Shown: positions 53,061 through 55,438 of the stretch, piece after piece
How positions within the stretch are numbered: the first letter of the stretch is position 1
Layout: each line of letters starts with the position of its first letter
Origin: Tubiluchus corallicola
Lineage: Eukaryota > Animalia > Priapulida
Assembly (NCBI GenBank): GCA_030141605.1
Contig: JAQGDQ010001209.1
Span: 1-55,438, forward strand
Reading direction: 5' to 3'
DNA length: 55,438 bases
Notes under the pieces: generated by a model
Databases searched by the model: none
What the model was told of the DNA's origin: nothing
What the model saw: the letters and a program-made list of their open reading frames with translations, nothing else
Program-made: the position numbers and the translations under genes

Positions 53061-55038
53061 GTATGTGTATAATTCGATAGTTAGATAGATAGACAATTAC
53101 CAACGCACTGATTTTTTAGACACTACGGTTTCTTAAACTAATCTAAAAAATCTGTTATTTATATACTAATGGCTGCTCGATGTACCCTGGTCCATCACCA
53201 TCCTGTTTCCATTTTCTTAATATAATTACGTAATTTTATGTAATCTTATTAAGGGAGACAAATAAACCTAACTTGAATTGAATTGAATCAATTCATGTTT
53301 TCCGGTTTTTTTCATTCTTATCAAACATAATTTTATTGTGAAAACCTGACAGTCACAGAACTCAACGATATTTCTGTAAACTTTTAATTATGTAAATATT
53401 ATAAGTCTTTTTTACGATTTAATCAACGCACTTCAGCAAGCCAGAAAGGCTAAAACCTACCGGTCCTTGGTTTAGTATAATTTAGCTTGAGGGAATTTGG
53501 GCGAGTGTGCCCCGTTTTCTCTCTTTCTCTTCTTCACGGCACGAAGGAGCTCCGCCTCTTTGAAATCCGTTATCATTATTGACTATACACCAAGTGATTT
53601 AATCTCCGCGCTTGTATACATTATACAGTTCCCAGAAACTTGTAAACAAACACATGAGGAAGAGTAATAAACGCTTAGGGTAAGAGAGTGAGAGTAACTC
53701 ATTGTTATAGAGGTTGGGAATGGAATGACTTCGGGGGTATATAAGCTAGGAAGCTGATGGCTAATCTGATTTCACTAAAACAGGTGGATAAAGATAGCTC
53801 CTAGTAAAGGGGTACCTAAAACATATCGCAATAGAACTTCTCTGTTCAGATACTGTTAGAATTCGGTCTCAGATTCTGATAGGATGCGGTCTCAGATTCT
53901 ATTAGAACGCAGTCTCCAGTTCCCACAACAAAAAATCGGCCGAAATCGGCTTTGATTCTTTTGAGATATACGCACTAATCCAAGATGGCGCCTACTGGTG
54001 CCAAAAGGGTACATCTCCTAAATCATCGTGCCTAGATGGAAAATATTTATTATTGGCGGATAGGAAAGTGCACCAGAGGGTTCCAAAAATGCTGTCGATT
54101 TTCTTCAATGACGTCACGATGATGTCACAATACTATTATTGCGTAATTAGGAACATCCCTGCTTCATTGTTGAAAATGGGTTGCAATTTGTTCCAAGTTA
54201 TCTGTTATTTTTACCCCCCCCCCCCCAAAAAGTGAATCTAAACTATTTAAGAACGTTAAACTCCTATTCAATGTTTGTGTTATCATTTGTTCTATAACTC
54301 CTATCATTAGTTTCTCTTAAGGTGGCATTAAAACAAACTAGTAGCCCTTCCCTAAACAAAAGAAACTTTTAACGTAGCCATTTCGTCACATTTAACGTCT
54401 CCCCCAACGTCGACTGTCACGCACGTTAAGTTAAAATAAATTTAAAGCCCATTGAAATAATTTCTCTTTCACTTTCTTTTCCTCATTTCTTTTTCCTCCT
54501 TCTTCTCTGTCTGTGTCTCCTATACGTCTTCTCCTCGTCTCTTTTCTCTTCTCTTTACTCTCTTATCCAGTCGGCTTCACTGTATTTGTTCTGTTCGATT
54601 CTCTTCTGTTTTCTTCTATTTTATTTTATATTATTTTGTTTTGTTTCGTATTGTTTTATTTTATATTTTATTTTACAGTTTGTTCTTTTTTATTTCATTT
54701 TAGTTATTCTATTCTATTTTATTCTATTCTGTTTTGTTCTATTTTGTGCTGTCCTTTCCTGTCTTGTCCTGTTCTGTCCTGTCCTGTCCTGCCCATCCCA
54801 TCCCGCCCTGCTCTGTCCTATTCTGCCCTGCCCCGCCCCATCTTGTCCTGTCCTTTGCTTTGTTTCATCTGATTTCTTTGATTTTACTCAATTTTGTCAT
54901 TTCACAAAAATTTAGTCCTGGAGCACGACATTGTTAAAGCACGAAGTATATTTTTGACAGTGTATCCACACAATATTTTCCACATAAGAACTTGTACATT
55001 ACACATGAGGAGGATACACACCACTTTTCCATTTACAG

Positions 55039-55205
55039 AGTTTGTTGATTACTTCGCTGAGGGTCGTGAATGTGTCAACTGCGGTGCCATATCAACACCG
55101 TTATGGAGGAGAGATGGTACTGGTCACTACCTGTGCAATGCTTGCGGCTTGTATCACAAAATGAACGGAATGAATCGGCCATTAATTAAACCACAACGGC
55201 GTCTA
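55039..55205 (+). CDS. GATA456: GATA4/5/6 exon encoding the N-terminal GATA zinc finger
   Basis: Acceptor ccacttttccatttacAG ends at 55038. The phase-1 join gives ..[59 protein letters not shown], then donor GTATGT at 55206. AIS, NGMN and PQRRL residues are GATA4/5/6/pannier type, not GATA1/2/3 (ATS, NGQN, PKRRL). Confidence 0.96.
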
Positions 55206-55269
55206 GTATGTAACACACAGGTGAGTAAAGTTGCTGCTAAGTTCATATTAATCTAGTTGTGCACTAAAG

Positions 55270-55438
55270 TAAAAAATTATGTTACTTTACAGCAATTTTA
55301 TGAGTATATCGTACTCGCGTTGAAAGGATTTTTTGTTTGTTTTCATTTTAAGTCTCCCGCAGTACTATTCCGACCGCGCCATTACATGACGTCACATACG
55401 CACAACGTAAATCAGGGGAAGAAAAGGAAATGTTAAAC
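55270..55438 (-). mobile_element. Family B fragment in the GATA intron, running off the window
   Basis: Reverse complement of ~20216-20350 joined to 20873-20900, showing the empty site of the hAT insertion. Confidence 0.8.

Noticed and set aside
54894-55038. N-terminal part of the 120-aa ORF ahead of the zinc finger
   Set aside because: Intronic sequence upstream of the acceptor at 55038.

Overview
AT-rich, repeat-dense genomic DNA from an invertebrate animal (probably a bilaterian, possibly a lophotrochozoan; inference). The only intact host gene seen is a GATA4/5/6 (pannier-like) transcription factor on the + strand. Its first coding exon is 50399-51279 (ATG 50466) and its N-terminal zinc-finger exon is 55039-55205, with an in-frame alternative donor at 55220; the rest lies beyond the window. 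The ~47 kb upstream has no recognisable intact host CDS. It holds a candidate distal promoter and non-coding first exon (~31.2-31.4 kb), a divergent housekeeping-type promoter at ~2.8-3.0 kb, several dense CAGGTR/GATA motif clusters and CTCF-like motifs. Mobile DNA includes a P-element deletion derivative with TIRs and an 8-bp TSD, a Penelope-like remnant with a minimal hammerhead ribozyme, a bipartite RTE-derived SINE-like element, three TTAA-targeting Kolobok-like MITE families, hAT, Harbinger and mariner-type MITEs, LINE fragments, and many mini- and microsatellites. Nearly all listed ORFs are repeat artefacts. All calls were made by eye, without database searches.
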